Positions 48,444 through 63,706 of a stretch of DNA of 64,000 bases are shown in pieces. The notes under the pieces were generated by a model. That model was not told the origin of the DNA and searched no databases. It worked only from the letters and a program-made list of their open reading frames with translations. Origin of the DNA: the human T2T-CHM13v2.0 reference genome, Homo sapiens. The position numbers were made by a program, and so were the translations under genes. The stretch is taken from the NCBI RefSeq assembly GCF_009914755.1, contig NC_060940.1; one strand, given 5' to 3'. Position 1 is the first letter of the stretch. Every line of letters starts with the position of its first letter.

Positions 48444-50603
48444 GCCTCAAACTCTTGGCTTCAAGCATTCCTCCTGTCTCAGCCTCCTGAGTATCTGGGA
48501 CCACAGATGCATGCCACCATGCTAAGCTAATTAAAAAATAAAAATAAAGAAAGTTTAGAAATGGAAGGTGGGAAGGTTTTGCTTTGTTGCCCAGGCTGGC
48601 CTCAAACTCCTGGCCTCAACCCATCTTCCCACCTCAGCCTCCGGAGTAGTTGGGATTAGAGGCTCAAGCCACTGCACCTGACGAACTGTTCTTATACCAA
48701 AAGTTCCAAGTCTTCGGTTCCTGTTAAAATTTTGTTCAGGGTACAGTTATGTATTTAAAAAATCTGAATCAGCCCAAGATTTATAGGCTTAGTTCAGGAT
48801 TTCTCACCTTTGGCACTAGTGATATTTTGGGCCAGACCATTCCTTGTTGAGGGGGGCTGTCTTGTACCTTGTAGGATGTTTGGCAGCATCCCTGGTCTCT
48901 CTCTACCCACTAGATGCCAGTAGCAGACCCTACCCTATTCCCCAGTTATGACAACTAAAACATCTCCAGATGTTGCCAAATGTCCCTGGAGGTGGCAGCA
49001 GAGAGGACAAAATTACCCCAGGTTGATGCAAGTTGGATGTCCTAGCACCTCATGGATGTCTGTAAAGATCACCATTAATTTCATGATCTTCCTAAGTGGG
49101 GCAAGTTGAGGAGCTGCTGGACTAGATGGTCCTGCTTTCTGTTCCTACATTCTAAGCTCCTTATCAGCTGGCTCCTGGTCAGCTTTTTTTGTTTTGTTTT
49201 AAATTAGAGACCATGTGTTGCTCTGTTGCCCAGGCTGGAGTGCAGTGGCACCACCAACATTCACTGCAGCTCCGAACTCCTGGGCTCAATTGATCTTCCC
49301 ACTTTGACCTCCTAAAGCTCTTGGATTATAGGCATGAGCCACCATGCTTGGCCCTCATCAGCTTTTAGATGTAGCATCTGATACTTCTAGGGAAGAAGGA
49401 CTGAGAAGATGCTGGCTCCAGGAACACCCCAGGGACATTTTTGTCCCTAGATTGTTAGAGCCGACATTTATGATGCCCAAGTGAACGATGTTATTCATAC
49501 GTACAACATATTCTGGGGCAGAGACCCTGAGTGTGATGGCAACTCTCCTTTTCCTCCAGGGCTGGGTTAGGATAAGGCTCTGAGGCCCCCAAGCCCTGAA
49601 AATTATGGCGCTGCTCACCATATGTCATTCAAGATAATAATAATTCTCTTTTTTTTTTTTTGAGACAGAGTCTTGCTCTGTTGCCCAGGCTGGTGTGTAG
49701 TGGTGCAATCTCAGCTCACTGAAACTTCCGCCTTCTGGGTCAAGGGAGTCTCCCACCTCAGCCTCCTGAGCAACTGGGATTGCAGGCGCCCACCCCACAC
49801 ACAGCTACTTTTTGTATTTTTAGTAGAGATGGGGTTTCACCATGTTGGCCAGACTGATCTCGAACTCCCGACCTCAAGTGATCTGCCTGCCTCGGCCTCC
49901 CAAAGTGCTGGGATTACAGGCATGAGCCACCGTGCCCGGACAAAAAGGACTGCTGCAATAATTCTCAAATGTAAATCTCAGCAATGTTCTGATTTCTCAA
50001 CGGGAACTGCAGTGCTATTTCTGAAATACCAAATTCTTGCCAAAAATTATATTTCTCTTTTTTTAAAATTTATTTGATGTAGAAGTGGGGAGGGCATCAT
50101 CCACTCCTAAGTGGCCAAGAGCACACACCTGTTCTGAGGGAGAAACCAGTATTGTCTTTAACACTTAACAACAACAACAAACCAGGAATGTAAATGGGTG
50201 AAGGTGATGTTGTTTCTAAGGAGAATCCTCACTAATTTATTTCAAACATCCAAATTATTAACCATCTTTGGCTGCTTTATTTTATTTACTTATTTTTAAG
50301 ATAGGGTCTTTCTCAGTTGCCAAGGATCTATCATAGTTCACTGCAGCCTCAAACCTCTGGGCTCATGCAATCCTCCCACATTTGCCTCTTACATAGTTGG
50401 GACCACAGGTACTCACCACCACAGCTGGCTAATTTTTTAATTTTTTTGTAGCAAAGTGGGGCATCTCACCATGTTTACCAGGCTGGTCTTGAACTCCTGG
50501 CCTCAAGCAATCCTCCAGCCTTGGCCTCCCAAAGTACTGGGATTACAGACATGAGCTACTGCACCCAGCCAACTTTATTATTAATAATAAGTTACTTGGC
50601 CCT

Positions 50604-50959
50604 TGTATTAGTCTGTTCTCATGCTGCTGATAAAGACATACCTGAGACTAGGCAATTTACAAAAGAAGGAGTTTTAATTAGACTTACAATTCCACGTGGC
50701 TGGGGAAGCCTTGCAATCATGGCAGAAGGCAAGGAGAGCAAGTCACGTCTTACATGGATGGCAGCAGGCAAACAGAGAGAACTTGTGCAGGGAAACTCCT
50801 CTTTTTAAGACCATCAGATCTCGTGAGACTTATTCACTATCACGGGAACAACATGGGAAAGACTTGCCTCCATGATTCAATTACCTCCCACCAGGCCCCT
50901 CCCACTATATGTGGGAATTCAAGATGAGATTTGAGCGGGAACACATCCAAACCATATCA
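50604..50959. mobile_element. THE1-type MaLR solo LTR
   Basis: tgtattagtctgttctcatgctgctgataaagacatacc...caaaccatatca; ~355 bp. Confidence 0.85.
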
Positions 50960-51233
50960 ACTTTTATATAATAATATTGATAAATTCAGGATCAGAACAC
51001 AACAAAGAGTATTGGGGCTTTAGTGAAGGCTTCCCTCATTCTGTTCCATCTGTATGGGGCACCCTTCCCTGCAATATTTGCTGGACTAAATCCTACTTAT
51101 CAAGGCTTAACTCAAATGCCTCCTCCTCCATGAAGACTTCCTTGACCATGCCCCTCCCAAGAATAGATTGTGCTTCAGTCTGTCTTGGGTTTCATTTATA
51201 TTGCTGATTAATACTTGAGCCCTACAATTATTT

Positions 51234-52012
51234 CTTTTTTTTTTTTTTATTATACTTTAAGTTCTGGGGTACCTGTGCAGAACGTGCAGGTTTGTTACAT
51301 AGGTATACACATGCCATGGTGGTTTGCTGCACCCATCAACCTGTCATCTACATGAGGTATTTCTCCTCATGCTATCCCTCCCTTAGCCCCCCAACCCCCA
51401 ACAGATCCTGGTATGTGATATTCCCCTCCCTGTGTCCATGTGTTCTCATTGTTCAGCTCTCACTTATGAGTGAGAACATGCGGTGTTTGGTTTTCTGTTC
51501 CTGTGTTAGTTTGCTGAGGATGATGGTTTCCAGCTTCATCCATGTCCCTGCAAAGACATGAACTCATCCTTTTTTATGGCTGCATAGTATTCCATGGTGT
51601 ATATATGCTACATTTTCTTTATCCTGTCTATCATTGTTGGACATTGGGGTTGGTTCCAAGTCCTTGCTATTGTGAATATTGCCACAATAAACATACATGT
51701 GCATGTGTCTTTATAGTAGAATGATTTATAATCCTTGGATATATACCCAGTAATGGGATTGCTGGGTCAAATGGTATTTCTGGCTCTAGATCCTTGATGG
51801 ATCTCCACACAGTCTTCCACAATGGTTGAACTAATTTACACTCCTGCCAACAGTGTAAAAGCTTTCCTATTTCTTCACATCCTCTCCAGCATCTGCTGTT
51901 TCCTGACTTTTTAATGATCGCCATTTTAACTGGTGTAAGATGATATCTCATTGTGGTTTTGATTTGCATTTCTCTAATAACCAGTGATGATGAGCTTTTT
52001 TCCATATGTTTG
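51234..52012 (-). mobile_element. 5'-truncated L1PA-type LINE-1, antisense
   Basis: ORF 51667-52005 ([17 protein letters not shown]...CWRGC); TSD caattatttctt at 51225-51236 and 52013-52024. Confidence 0.93.
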
Positions 52013-52024
52013 CAATTATTTCTT

Positions 52025-52730
52025 AATTGAGGTGAAATTCACATAGTATAAATGTAATCATTTTAAATATACAATTCAGTGGCATTTAGTAAATTCTCAG
52101 TGGTGTGCAACCATCACCTCTATCTAATTCCAGTTCTGGAATTATGGAATTCCATAATTGGAATGTTCCATATGGAACATTCCCATCACCCAAAGGAGAC
52201 CCTGTATCCATTAAACAGTCACTCCATATTTCCCCCACCTCCCAGATCCTAGCAATCACTCATCTACTTTCTATCTCTATGGATTTACCTATTCTGGATA
52301 TTTTATCAATGGAACTGTACAATATGTGATTTTTTGTGTCTGGCTTCTTTCACTTTTTTGAGGTTTGTCTACATTGTATCAATGCTTCATTGTTTTTATG
52401 AATGAATAACCTACCATTGCATAGATAGGTGATGTTTTGTTTATCTATCTGTTGATGGACATTTAGGCTGCTTCCACTTTTGTCTATTGTGAATAGTGCT
52501 GCTATGAACATCTGCGTACAAGTTTTCATGTGGACATGTTTCCTGTTCTCTTAGGTATACACCTAGGAATGGAACTGCTGGGTCATACACCAACCTGTTT
52601 ACCAAAGCAGCTGCACCAGTTTTCATTACCACCAGCAGTATACAGCGTTCTTGTTTACCACATCCTGGCCAACACTGCTTATGATTTTGTGTGTGTGTGT
52701 TTATTATAGCCATCCTAGTGGGTGTGCAGC
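52025..52730 (-). mobile_element. Old L1M 3' fragment
   Basis: acaattcagtggcatttagt...gatggacatttaggctgcttccac motifs. Confidence 0.75.
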
Positions 52731-54758
52731 CCCTGGAATTTTGATTTGTTTTTATATCTTCCTTGCTCTCCACCAATAGATACTGAGTTGCTTGATGTCT
52801 GGGATTGCTGCTTAATCACCAGAAACCTTGTGTAAGGGTTAACCATGGGCTGAGTTTGAACCTTGTTCTTTTTGTTTATGATATATGATCTGGAGCAAGT
52901 CATGCAGCTCAAGCTCTCTAAGCTTGAATTCTTTCATCTGCAAGATGGAAGCCTCTGGAGTTGTTAAGGAAAAGAAATGCGATTCAGCTTTAGTGCCAGG
53001 ACAGTGCCTGGACTATGGTGATTTCTCCATAAAGGTTTGCTGTAACAATCATAATCGTGACATCCCCAAGTGCTTGGACCTAGTACCTGTTACATGAGCG
53101 TTTATTAAATGAATCAATGAATCCTTTGCTATTGCACAATTAGCCCTCTTTTTTACTTTCTATCAACTGCTCCCCTGACTCCAGACAACAGTGTTACAAA
53201 TTGATCACTCCCCAGATAAGGCAGACAGAAACAGTGGCCGGATCAATGGGAATGGTTCCCTGGAAAAGTACAACCTGAAATCCCTGTTGTGCATGCTGTG
53301 TATGGAGGATGGGATGGGTAGAGAGTACAGCAAGCTTGTATCTGCAAAGGGAAGAAGGAATAAAAGAGCTTTGCTTTCTTAAGATGAAAAACACTCAGTC
53401 TTCTTAGAAAAAGGATGACTTCAGGAAGTGCCTTGTTGAAGGTTCGATCAATGGCCCCAGGGGAGGGAAGGAACAATTCTATCCACACTTGAAGGCTGCA
53501 GAGGTGGCTTGAGGGGCTCTTAGGTATTGAGGGCCCAGAAGATGGCCTCACCACCTCCTTCCAGTTCTGTGAAGACTGCCAGGATTGGGCAGAGCCCCTG
53601 GGATCAACCACTGGGCAGCTTGCCTTGGTTCCTGTAGGCGTCTCTAGAATCCATTCATTCTGCCCACACTGGCCTTCTCTTTGTTCCTTTGAACACACTG
53701 ACTGAGTGATGCCGGGTTTATTCCTCCCTCCCTCCATCCCAGACCTTGCACATGTTGTTCCCTCTGCCCCATGAGTCCCTATCCCTCTTTCCTCCCTCAT
53801 TCCTCTTCAAACCTCGCCTCTCAGAGAAACCCTACCCCATCCACCGACTGAAAGGGCAGCTCCCACGCGAACCCCATCCATTCTCTTACACTGCCTAATT
53901 TGTCTTGTTTTCCTTTTTCATATTTATTTTATGTTTTTAATGGGAATATTTCCCACATAAAATAATAAAACAAACACCCATGTGTCCATCTCCCAGATGT
54001 CGTAAGTCGCCAATATTTTGCCACATTTGCTTACTTCAAATCACTCCCTTTCCATCAACTGCATTGAGGCGGAACTTACTGTTTGTTGATTTTTGGCAAA
54101 TGCACACGTAACTGCTACCACAATCAAGATATAGCATATTGCTATCACCCAAGAAATGTTCTTCCTTTCTCTCACTCTGCTATATTTTTCTTCCTAATAC
54201 TTAGCATTACCTGAAATCATCTCATTTATGTATTTTTTAAAATCTGTGTGCTATCCATCCCCCCCACAGGAGTGTATGTTCCATAAAGTCAGGGACGGTT
54301 CTCACTGGTGTATCCTTAGTCCTGGTACATAGTAAACTGTTTTTTGTTCTGTTTTGTTTTTGTTTTGTTTTGTTTTGTTTTAAAATAAAAGGAAATATCA
54401 CTGTGACTTATAAACCTGGGAGGAGCAAAGTCCAGGAGGACCTGGATGGCCTGGGCTCCTGAGAATTCTCCGCATTGCTCATACTAGAGTAGATGTGTCA
54501 GCAGGGTCATGCCCTAAAGACACCGCATCTTCCAAGCCCTTGAGAAGCAGCAGGAAACCCCTAGCAACAGTGCAAAAGGGGCTGAACTTCTTTTATTACT
54601 CAAGACACTCAGTTGACCATTCCTATTTTGAAAATCTCCATACTTGGATACCCAGGGCAGGGCAGCAGGAATGTAAAGGGGCAGAAATGGACAGATGAGG
54701 TATGATGTGAAGGGGGCAGGTCCCATCTAAAGGAGCACTGCACTGCTCTGTGGCTAGA

Positions 54759-55857
<1,099 letters not shown>

Positions 55858-56237
55858 TTGCCTGGTGGGAATGCCAGCGTTACCAGATCTTCCTGTTTTT
55901 CAAGCAAGGCAAGAAACCCACATTTTTTAAAAATGTGGAATAGCCTGATTCTTGAATTGTATAATAATTAACAAGTAATTATAAGTTAAAATGTGATGTG
56001 GGGCAAACAAAATACACCTGCAGGCTGTTTGTTAGCAACTTCTGAGTTAACATGCGAGATTGTTTCTTGTTTGTTTGGGGACTAACTCACTCAGTACAGG
56101 AATCTTTTGGTTTGACTGTTCACCCTGTCAGTAGATGTTTATTGAGTATCTACTATGTGCTAGGCATTGTTCTAGAGCCGCTGGGTATTGTGCTAGGCAT
56201 TTGGCATTAATTTGTTGAAATGACTGGCATCAAAAAA

Positions 56238-56355
56238 GATAGAGATGAAAGATAGATGATAAAGATAGATAATAGACATAGATAAATAGATGACTGACAG
56301 ATAATAGATGGTTAGATTATAGATAGATGAGACAGTTAGATAGATAGATAGAGAT
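56238..56355 (+). repeat. Degenerate (GATA)n microsatellite
   Basis: gataga/tagata repeats. Confidence 0.85.
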
Positions 56356-57551
56356 GTTACCCTTTAAAGATACATATTGAAATATTACAAATAATATAAT
56401 GACTGGGAGTTACTTCAGAGGAATATGGGGAGTTGAATGAAGGTGTAAGTGAGGGGAGATTCACCATGGGATGAGAATTTTTGAAGCTGAATGATGTTTG
56501 GGTACGAAGATGGTGGGGTATACTCTTCTGTCTGGTTTTGAATATGACTGGAAATTTCCCACACTAAAATGCTTGTTTTAATGTCCTCATCAGTTAAAGA
56601 TGCATTCTGAAGGATATGCAGGTACAATGACACCATATCGAGGGCTTAGTTTAAAATATTCAGCTAAAACGTTTCACAAGTCAGAATATAGGTGAAATAC
56701 CATTTGGCAAAATGTCGATAATTGTTACAATTTTGTGACGGATAGATGGAGATTTGTTATGCTAGTCTATTGTTTTGTATATGGCTGAAATTTTCTACAA
56801 TACTTTTTTTTTTAAAAGGGGACAGAGAAGTGGGAGGCCTCCTGTTTTCTAGGTACCTTTGGCAGTATGGAGTCATGCACTTAGGTGTTCATGGGAATTT
56901 TCCACAGTGTGACAGAGCTGACATCAAGGGGATGGGTACTCTTCAACAAGGGATGTCACTGTGCCAAGTGTTGCTATCGTGAGGTTAGAAGCGTGGGATC
57001 TGCTGGGGACTCCAGGTTAAGAACAGATTTCTCACTCAGTTCCTCTGCAGGGCATTCTACCTCCCAGGTATCCTATTGGATGGCAGAATAACAGCAGTCA
57101 GAGTATCTGGAACCAAATCAGCCTCCCTGGGTTTAAGTACCAGCTCTACCACTTTCTTGCTGTGGCTTTGGACATGTTATTTAACCCTGTGAGCCTCGGT
57201 TTCCTCATCTGTTAAACAGAGTTAATACTAATACCTCACAGACTCATTAGTCATTACATGTAAAGCGCTTAGCATAGTACATGGCAGTGAAGCATTTTTT
57301 AAAAAATTATTGCTGCTTTTGTTGTTATTGTTGTTGCTGTTGAGTGATCTAAGAGCGGAAAAAACTCAGAGATAGATGGACCACAATAATTAGAGGCAGA
57401 GATGAAAAGAAGTCACACACAGAGGCTCCCACTGTCAACTGATGCGCTCACAGCAACCTGTTTGTGAGCTGCTGCAATCAATTTCTTGTATGGTGGGTGC
57501 AAAAGGAATAAAAGGAGAAGGCAACTTCCTGATCATTTCCTTTCTCTACAG

Positions 57552-57672
57552 AATGAAGTGGAGCTGGGGGAGCTGCTTCTGTCACTGAATTATCTCCCAA
57601 GTGCTGGCAGACTGAATGTTGATGTCATTCGAGCCAAGCAACTTCTTCAGACAGATGTGAGCCAAGGTTCAG
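57552..57672 (+). CDS. SYT17: SYT17 exon 6, start of C2B (NEVELGELLLSLNYLPSAGRLNVDVIRAKQLLQTDVSQGS)
   Basis: ttctctacag|AAT GAA ... TCA G|gtaccg. 121 nt, phase 0 to phase 1. Confidence 0.96.
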
Positions 57673-57918
57673 GTACCGTGTGATTCCCCTCTTCTCTCAC
57701 TTTATTAATGGGGCATCTGTGTTTGTGTGGAGAACCCAGTTTTCTTTTTCCGTATCCTGGATGAGCATTACTCATCTCAGGATGAGGCAGGTAAATGATG
57801 CCATCTTAGTAACCCTATTGGAATTGGGGAGTTGACTGAGACTGGTTGTGATAACTACTGGAAACTTAAAACCTATTTGAACCCAAGGAAGTGACTTGGC
57901 CTTTCCAAATGCTATTCC

Positions 57919-57949
57919 TGCAATGTAGACGCCATCCTGCAGGTGGCGA
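57919..57949 (+). promoter_or_regulatory. Candidate CTCF site (core plus upstream motif)
   Basis: TGCAATGTA-gacgc-cat-CCTGCAGGTGGCGA resembles the CTCF core plus the ZF9-11 upstream motif at the expected spacing. Confidence 0.55.
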
Positions 57950-58857
57950 TAGTGTGCATTGACTATCCATTCTAATCAATGAGCGTGGAGGACACACCCT
58001 AAGGTTTTTCGCCAGCTCATTTCATGTGTGCCATAAATTTTTATGAATTCCAACTCTGAAAAGACTTGTATTTAAAGTGTGTATATTATAGCAAAAACCA
58101 TTCAAACATGACTTTTAACGGAACGGAACAGATTCCATTCCATCTGCATGTTGCTTCTTCCATGACAGCAAAGGATATTACTGTGAAAGCAGCTGTAGTC
58201 AGGGATCTGTTCAGCTCAGTGGTGGAATTATTGTCTTCTCTAAGTGCGGTAGCTAAAATAAATTACTTTTGCAATAAGGTGACAGCTAGAAGACACCTTG
58301 CATTCTCAAAAGCCACATTATAAAAACAGAGGCTTAGAAAGGGCCAGTGGAGGCAATGGTATTAAGACTGAAGAGTTTCAGACTCACCACGATGGGAGAG
58401 TCAGTATGATAAAATCATTAAGGGTTTAGGAGTCAAATGATGTGGCTTACAAATGATGTGGCTTTAGGGAAGTTACTTAACCACTATGTGCCTCAATTTC
58501 TCAATCTCAAAAACTGACATAATAACAGTATTCATCTTGATAAGTTGTTTAAACAAATATTAAATTAGATAATGTACATGAATCCCTTTGTAAACTGTAA
58601 AATGATCTAAAAATGAATTATAATTCTGCCATCTCTATTCACCTGTATATGGGCTATGGGCTCACTGAAATGATAATGGGTTTCCACAGACAGAAATCCA
58701 GGGCAGGCTCTGAGTCTGGTTCTGTGTCCACCAGCAAGATCTTTAAAAACTGATTTCTCACCTTGAGTCCTCAGTTTTCTTATCTGTAAAATGAACACAA
58801 TGCTGACATATGGGAGGAGCTCAACAAATATTAGATGGCTAAAGGAAGAAGGAAGGG

Positions 58858-59140
58858 GATAAGCAGATGAATGGGAAAATGGATGGATAATAGATGGATG
58901 GATGGTTGAACTGTCAAATAGATGAGAAATTGGATGGATAGAAAATGGATAGATAAAAGTATGGTGAGATGATGAATGGATCAGTGAACTGACGGATGGA
59001 AAGATGGATGGATGGATAAACAGGTGGATGAATGGACGGACTATGAGATGAATGAAAAGTTGAATGGGTGGATGGATAGAAGAATGGAGGAATAAAAAGA
59101 CAGATGGATGGGAGGTTGAATGGCAGAATGACTGGACGGA
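58858..59140 (+). repeat. Degenerate (TGGA)n purine-rich repeat just upstream of exon 7
   Basis: gatggatggatgga arrays. Confidence 0.85.
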
Positions 59141-59189
59141 TTAGGTTTCATGATCTCCAACATTCTATGATGCTGTGTCTAATTTTCAG

Positions 59190-59345
59190 ACCCCTTTGTG
59201 AAAATCCAGCTGGTGCATGGACTCAAACTTGTGAAAACCAAGAAGACGTCCTTCTTAAGGGGCACAATTGATCCTTTCTACAATGAATCCTTCAGCTTCA
59301 AAGTTCCCCAAGAAGAACTGGAAAATGCCAGCCTAGTGTTTACAG
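59190..59345 (+). CDS. SYT17: SYT17 exon 7, C2B middle (DPFVKIQLVHGLKLVKTKKTSFLRGTIDPFYNESFSFKVPQEELENASLVFT)
   Basis: aattttcag|AC CCC TTT ... ACA G|gtaggt. 156 nt; missed by the ORF track. The final exon is outside the window. Confidence 0.95.
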
Positions 59346-61831
59346 GTAGGTAGCATTCCAAAACCTGATGAACTCCAGGTGAGGCACGTCAAACTTACTG
59401 TCCTAGAGCCAGAAGGCATCTAGAGAGAGTTACATTTAAGAACGTAATGTCTGGCATTCAACTACCTGGGTTTGAACCCACTTAACATCTATGAACTGGG
59501 GCAGGACTCATAGAGCCCTATAATATAATTGTTAGAAATGTGGACTTGAGCCAAATTTCCTCAGACTGCCACATAATAACTGAGGTCTTTGGCAAGTTAC
59601 TTAACTCCTCTGAGCTTCAGTTTCCTCATCTACAAAATGTGAACAATAATAGTACGTGTGGCATAGGTTTGTTGTGAACAGTAAATGACTTACGACTTTG
59701 CAATATACTTGGTACATAATAAGTACTCACTATGTGTTAGTTTTGATGATGATGGTGGTGATGATTCAAGTTCCCTGCAGTCAAATAGAGAGGCATATGA
59801 AAAAACAGGGTCACCTAACTCAGAAAAAGGGATTTTTAAAGTCTTCCCAGAGGATGTAGTATTTAAGTAGAGGCTTCATGTGCCACTGTCTGGTAGAATT
59901 TAGTCCATTTTTCCAGGGTGTAATCTAATGTAGTATTTCCAGGGTATATTAGTTATTTATTGCAGCATAATAAATCACCCCAAAATTTAGTAGCTTGAAA
60001 CAACAAACATTTATATCTCATAGTCCCTGTGGGTCAGAAATTCAGGTATACAAAGCTTTGCTGTATAGTTCTGTGTGAATACCTCTGACAAGGCTGCAAT
60101 CAAGGTATTGGCTGAGGCTGCAGCCTCATCTGAAGGCTCAACTGGGGGAGGATCTCTTTTCAAGCTCACTCACAGTTTTCAGCATGATTTAGTTCCCTGC
60201 AGGCTGTTGAACTGGGGACCTCAGTTCCTTCCTGGTTGTTGGCCAGTGACCTTCCTCAATTCCTTGCCACATGGGCTTTACCATAGAACAACTCACAACA
60301 TGACTTTCATCAGAGTGGTCAAGTGAGGGAGCAAGAATGGCAAGGAAGAGTCTTTTTGTAATCTAATACTGGAAATGACATCCTATTACTTTCATTATAT
60401 TCTATTCACTAGAAGCAATTCACTAGGTCCAGCCCACACTCAAGAGGAAGGGATTACACAAGGGTAGGAAGAGTGGGAGGTGGGAACCACTGGGACTCAT
60501 CTTAGAAGCTACTCACCACAACAGGGATAGAGTTAGTAGGAGTAATGGTTATTCTTTCTTGTGTTCTAATTACAGTATGTACTTCCCTATATCATTGCTA
60601 ACATTCACCATAACCCACCCTGTCAAGTTGATATCTTCATCCTCAACTTACAGATCTAGGGACTGAGGCTTAAAACCTAAACAACCTACACAAAGTCTCA
60701 AGCTGATAGAATCAGGACTCAAGCTCTGGTCTTGCCAGCTCCACATATCAAGGGATCTATATTTCCTCAAACACCCAGGTAGGGCTAGCACTGGGGATCG
60801 ACATCATCCTTTGAGACATCCTTCTCCAGGGTAACTGGAAACTCTCCTCTGGTTAGATCTTGTCTAGAACCCTGGGCTCCAGGTCTCCCAAGAAATCAAT
60901 CCATGGCTGAAAAACCCTTGCATACAAGATTTCCCCTATATAAACTTATTGCTCCTTCTCACCAAGATTGCAAATGTCTATCCTCTGAGACCCCTTCGAA
61001 GCAGGTTGGTTCTGGGTTTTCTCAAGGCCTGTCACCCATAGAGTCTGCGTTGAATCAGGGGATGCCTGCCATATGCAGATATAATGATCCCTTCTAATGC
61101 AGTCTGTGATGGCTGCTGTCCGGATGGAGTTACAAATAGACAAGGGCCTCACTCTCTCCTAGGTTTCAGGCCAAGACAGAAGACCGTCACCCCTGACTCC
61201 TTAAATGGTGGACAGGCAGGTAGTGGGGCCTATTGTATATTAAACCAAGACACAGATAAAAAATGAAGTCTCTTTTCCCAAGTCCCTGCTGAGAATAAGG
61301 GACCTCCTATTGTAAGCTTAGATGAGGAGAGGACCCCAGGGGAAACTGAGAGCCCCCATGGAAAGCCCTGACACTTCATATTTTACTTAACATTTTATGA
61401 TAAATGTAGCACACACGTGTTATAATGAGTGACACCATGAAAAGATGTGTAAGGACAGAGAATCAGAGGAGAACAGGGGTTATGTGCCTGTGCTGGGGAG
61501 CTGATGTCTGGGTCCTGGCTTTACCACTCACCTACTTTGGTGACCCTGGGCAAGATCTGCGTGCTTAGGTTTTCTCAGCTGTAAAATGGGGATAACAATA
61601 CAGGACACTTCACAGGATTGTTATTTGCATTCAGTGAGATCAATAAACACACGGTGCTGAGCACTGTGCCACCCATAGTAAGCACTCTAGAACTGTTAAC
61701 TGTTATTAAAGGGAAAGTTTAGTGTTTTCCTTTTTTCTCCCACGCCCATGGGGCAGCCACCACCTTCTCACTCCCTCATGCAGTTTTGTTTATTTCAGAG
61801 TGTTTTCTTGCTGTGTAATCCTTCTCCCCGC

Positions 61832-62136
<305 letters not shown>

Positions 62137-63706
62137 TAATGCCTTCCCCTTTCCAGTTCCTTCTCCCTGAAGTCATGCCTTTAATGTTCTGCTGTGTAGC
62201 ATTCCACACTTTTTTCCTTGTTCACACAAACAATATCCACATACAGAGGGTTCTGTTCCTTTAAAACATTATTCATGAATTCAGCAAGTGTGTATTAAAC
62301 ACCTTCTGTGCCAGGCAGTGCTTCCAAGTTCTGGGAATAGAGCAGTGAACAAAACAGACCTAATCCCTGCCCTGGCGGAGCTTACCAGGACATTCCATGG
62401 ATACCACACTGACACTTGCTTTGGTTTAATTAACAATGAATGTGTTCGTTGCCTTCAGATCAATATGAATACAAATGGATTTAACTTTTCATTTTTAATA
62501 ACTGCATTAGATACTGTTGCATGATGTAGTATGATAAAAGCTGAGGTTATTTATTCTGGGGGTGGGGGGTATGACAGAACTTCAGGGATTGTGATTAGAA
62601 CTCCAGAAAAATACATGGAAGTATGGAAAATTTTGCATATAGTTGCAGAGGTTTTTTCGAATTCCTTGAATTCCATATGGTTACCTCATAAGGCTCAAAC
62701 TACAAGGGTAGCCACACCACACCCCCTCTCCATACATCTTTTATTCAACCCACGGCACTTCAGGTGGCAACTGTCAGCTGGGGCAGTGGTCAGCTGATGC
62801 TGTCAGGGAAGTCCTGTACTCTCCATTCACAGAAGACCCGCTTCTCTCCTGTAAGTTTTGGGGCCCTGACTTGGAAGTTCAGGCTCCTCTGGTTAAAAGC
62901 TCGTTGAAAATATTCTTTCTGGAGAAGGAAGCATTGCCTGCCTGCCCCCTTAAATCAGGGATTCTCAACCCTGGCTGTACCTTAGAATTACCTGAGAGCT
63001 TTAAAATGCTACCAATGGCTGCACTGCATTCCGCAGAGACTCTAAAGCAACTGGACTAGGCTGAGGCACTGAGCATCTATAAGTAGCTATTTTTTAAAAA
63101 CACCCCAGATATTTCTATTGCTCATTCATTGTTCCGAACCACAGCTGTGAGTGGAAATCCCAGCTAGGGTGGCAATTTACATAAAGGGTACTGGCTGGAA
63201 TAATATGAGAAAGGTGTCTTAAGCCAGTATGTATCTCAGCAAAGCTACAGTTCTCCTGAACTCAGATTCATAAGGTTCTAACCTGCTTTATTTGTCCACT
63301 GAGAGAAAGAGCTGTCACCTCTAGGCCGAGGAACCAAAGCCCAGCCTATTAGCATGTTTCCAAACACTTCATAACAAAAGTAAGGTTGGTCTGCAATTTA
63401 GCATTTGCCGTGAATCCCTGGTAAAAGCCTGTAATTAGCTGGTAAGCTGGACTTTCTGAACACTTGTTTTCCTGTGTGGGAGGAGGATTTGTCTGCAATT
63501 TTCTATCAGGTGGTTTCTGCAGCTGAAGTTTAAAAATAAAAAATGAAAAGAGGGGTAAAATTGCTTTTCACCGCCCAAGATAGCAACACACAGCCCAGAG
63601 GGCTTCCAGGAAATTCAGGAAGGTTTACTGAACCAAAGTAAAGTGGAGCTGGCCACTGAGGTGATTGGGCTTTTACTGGATGTTGGGAAAAAGAAGGAAA
63701 GAAAGC

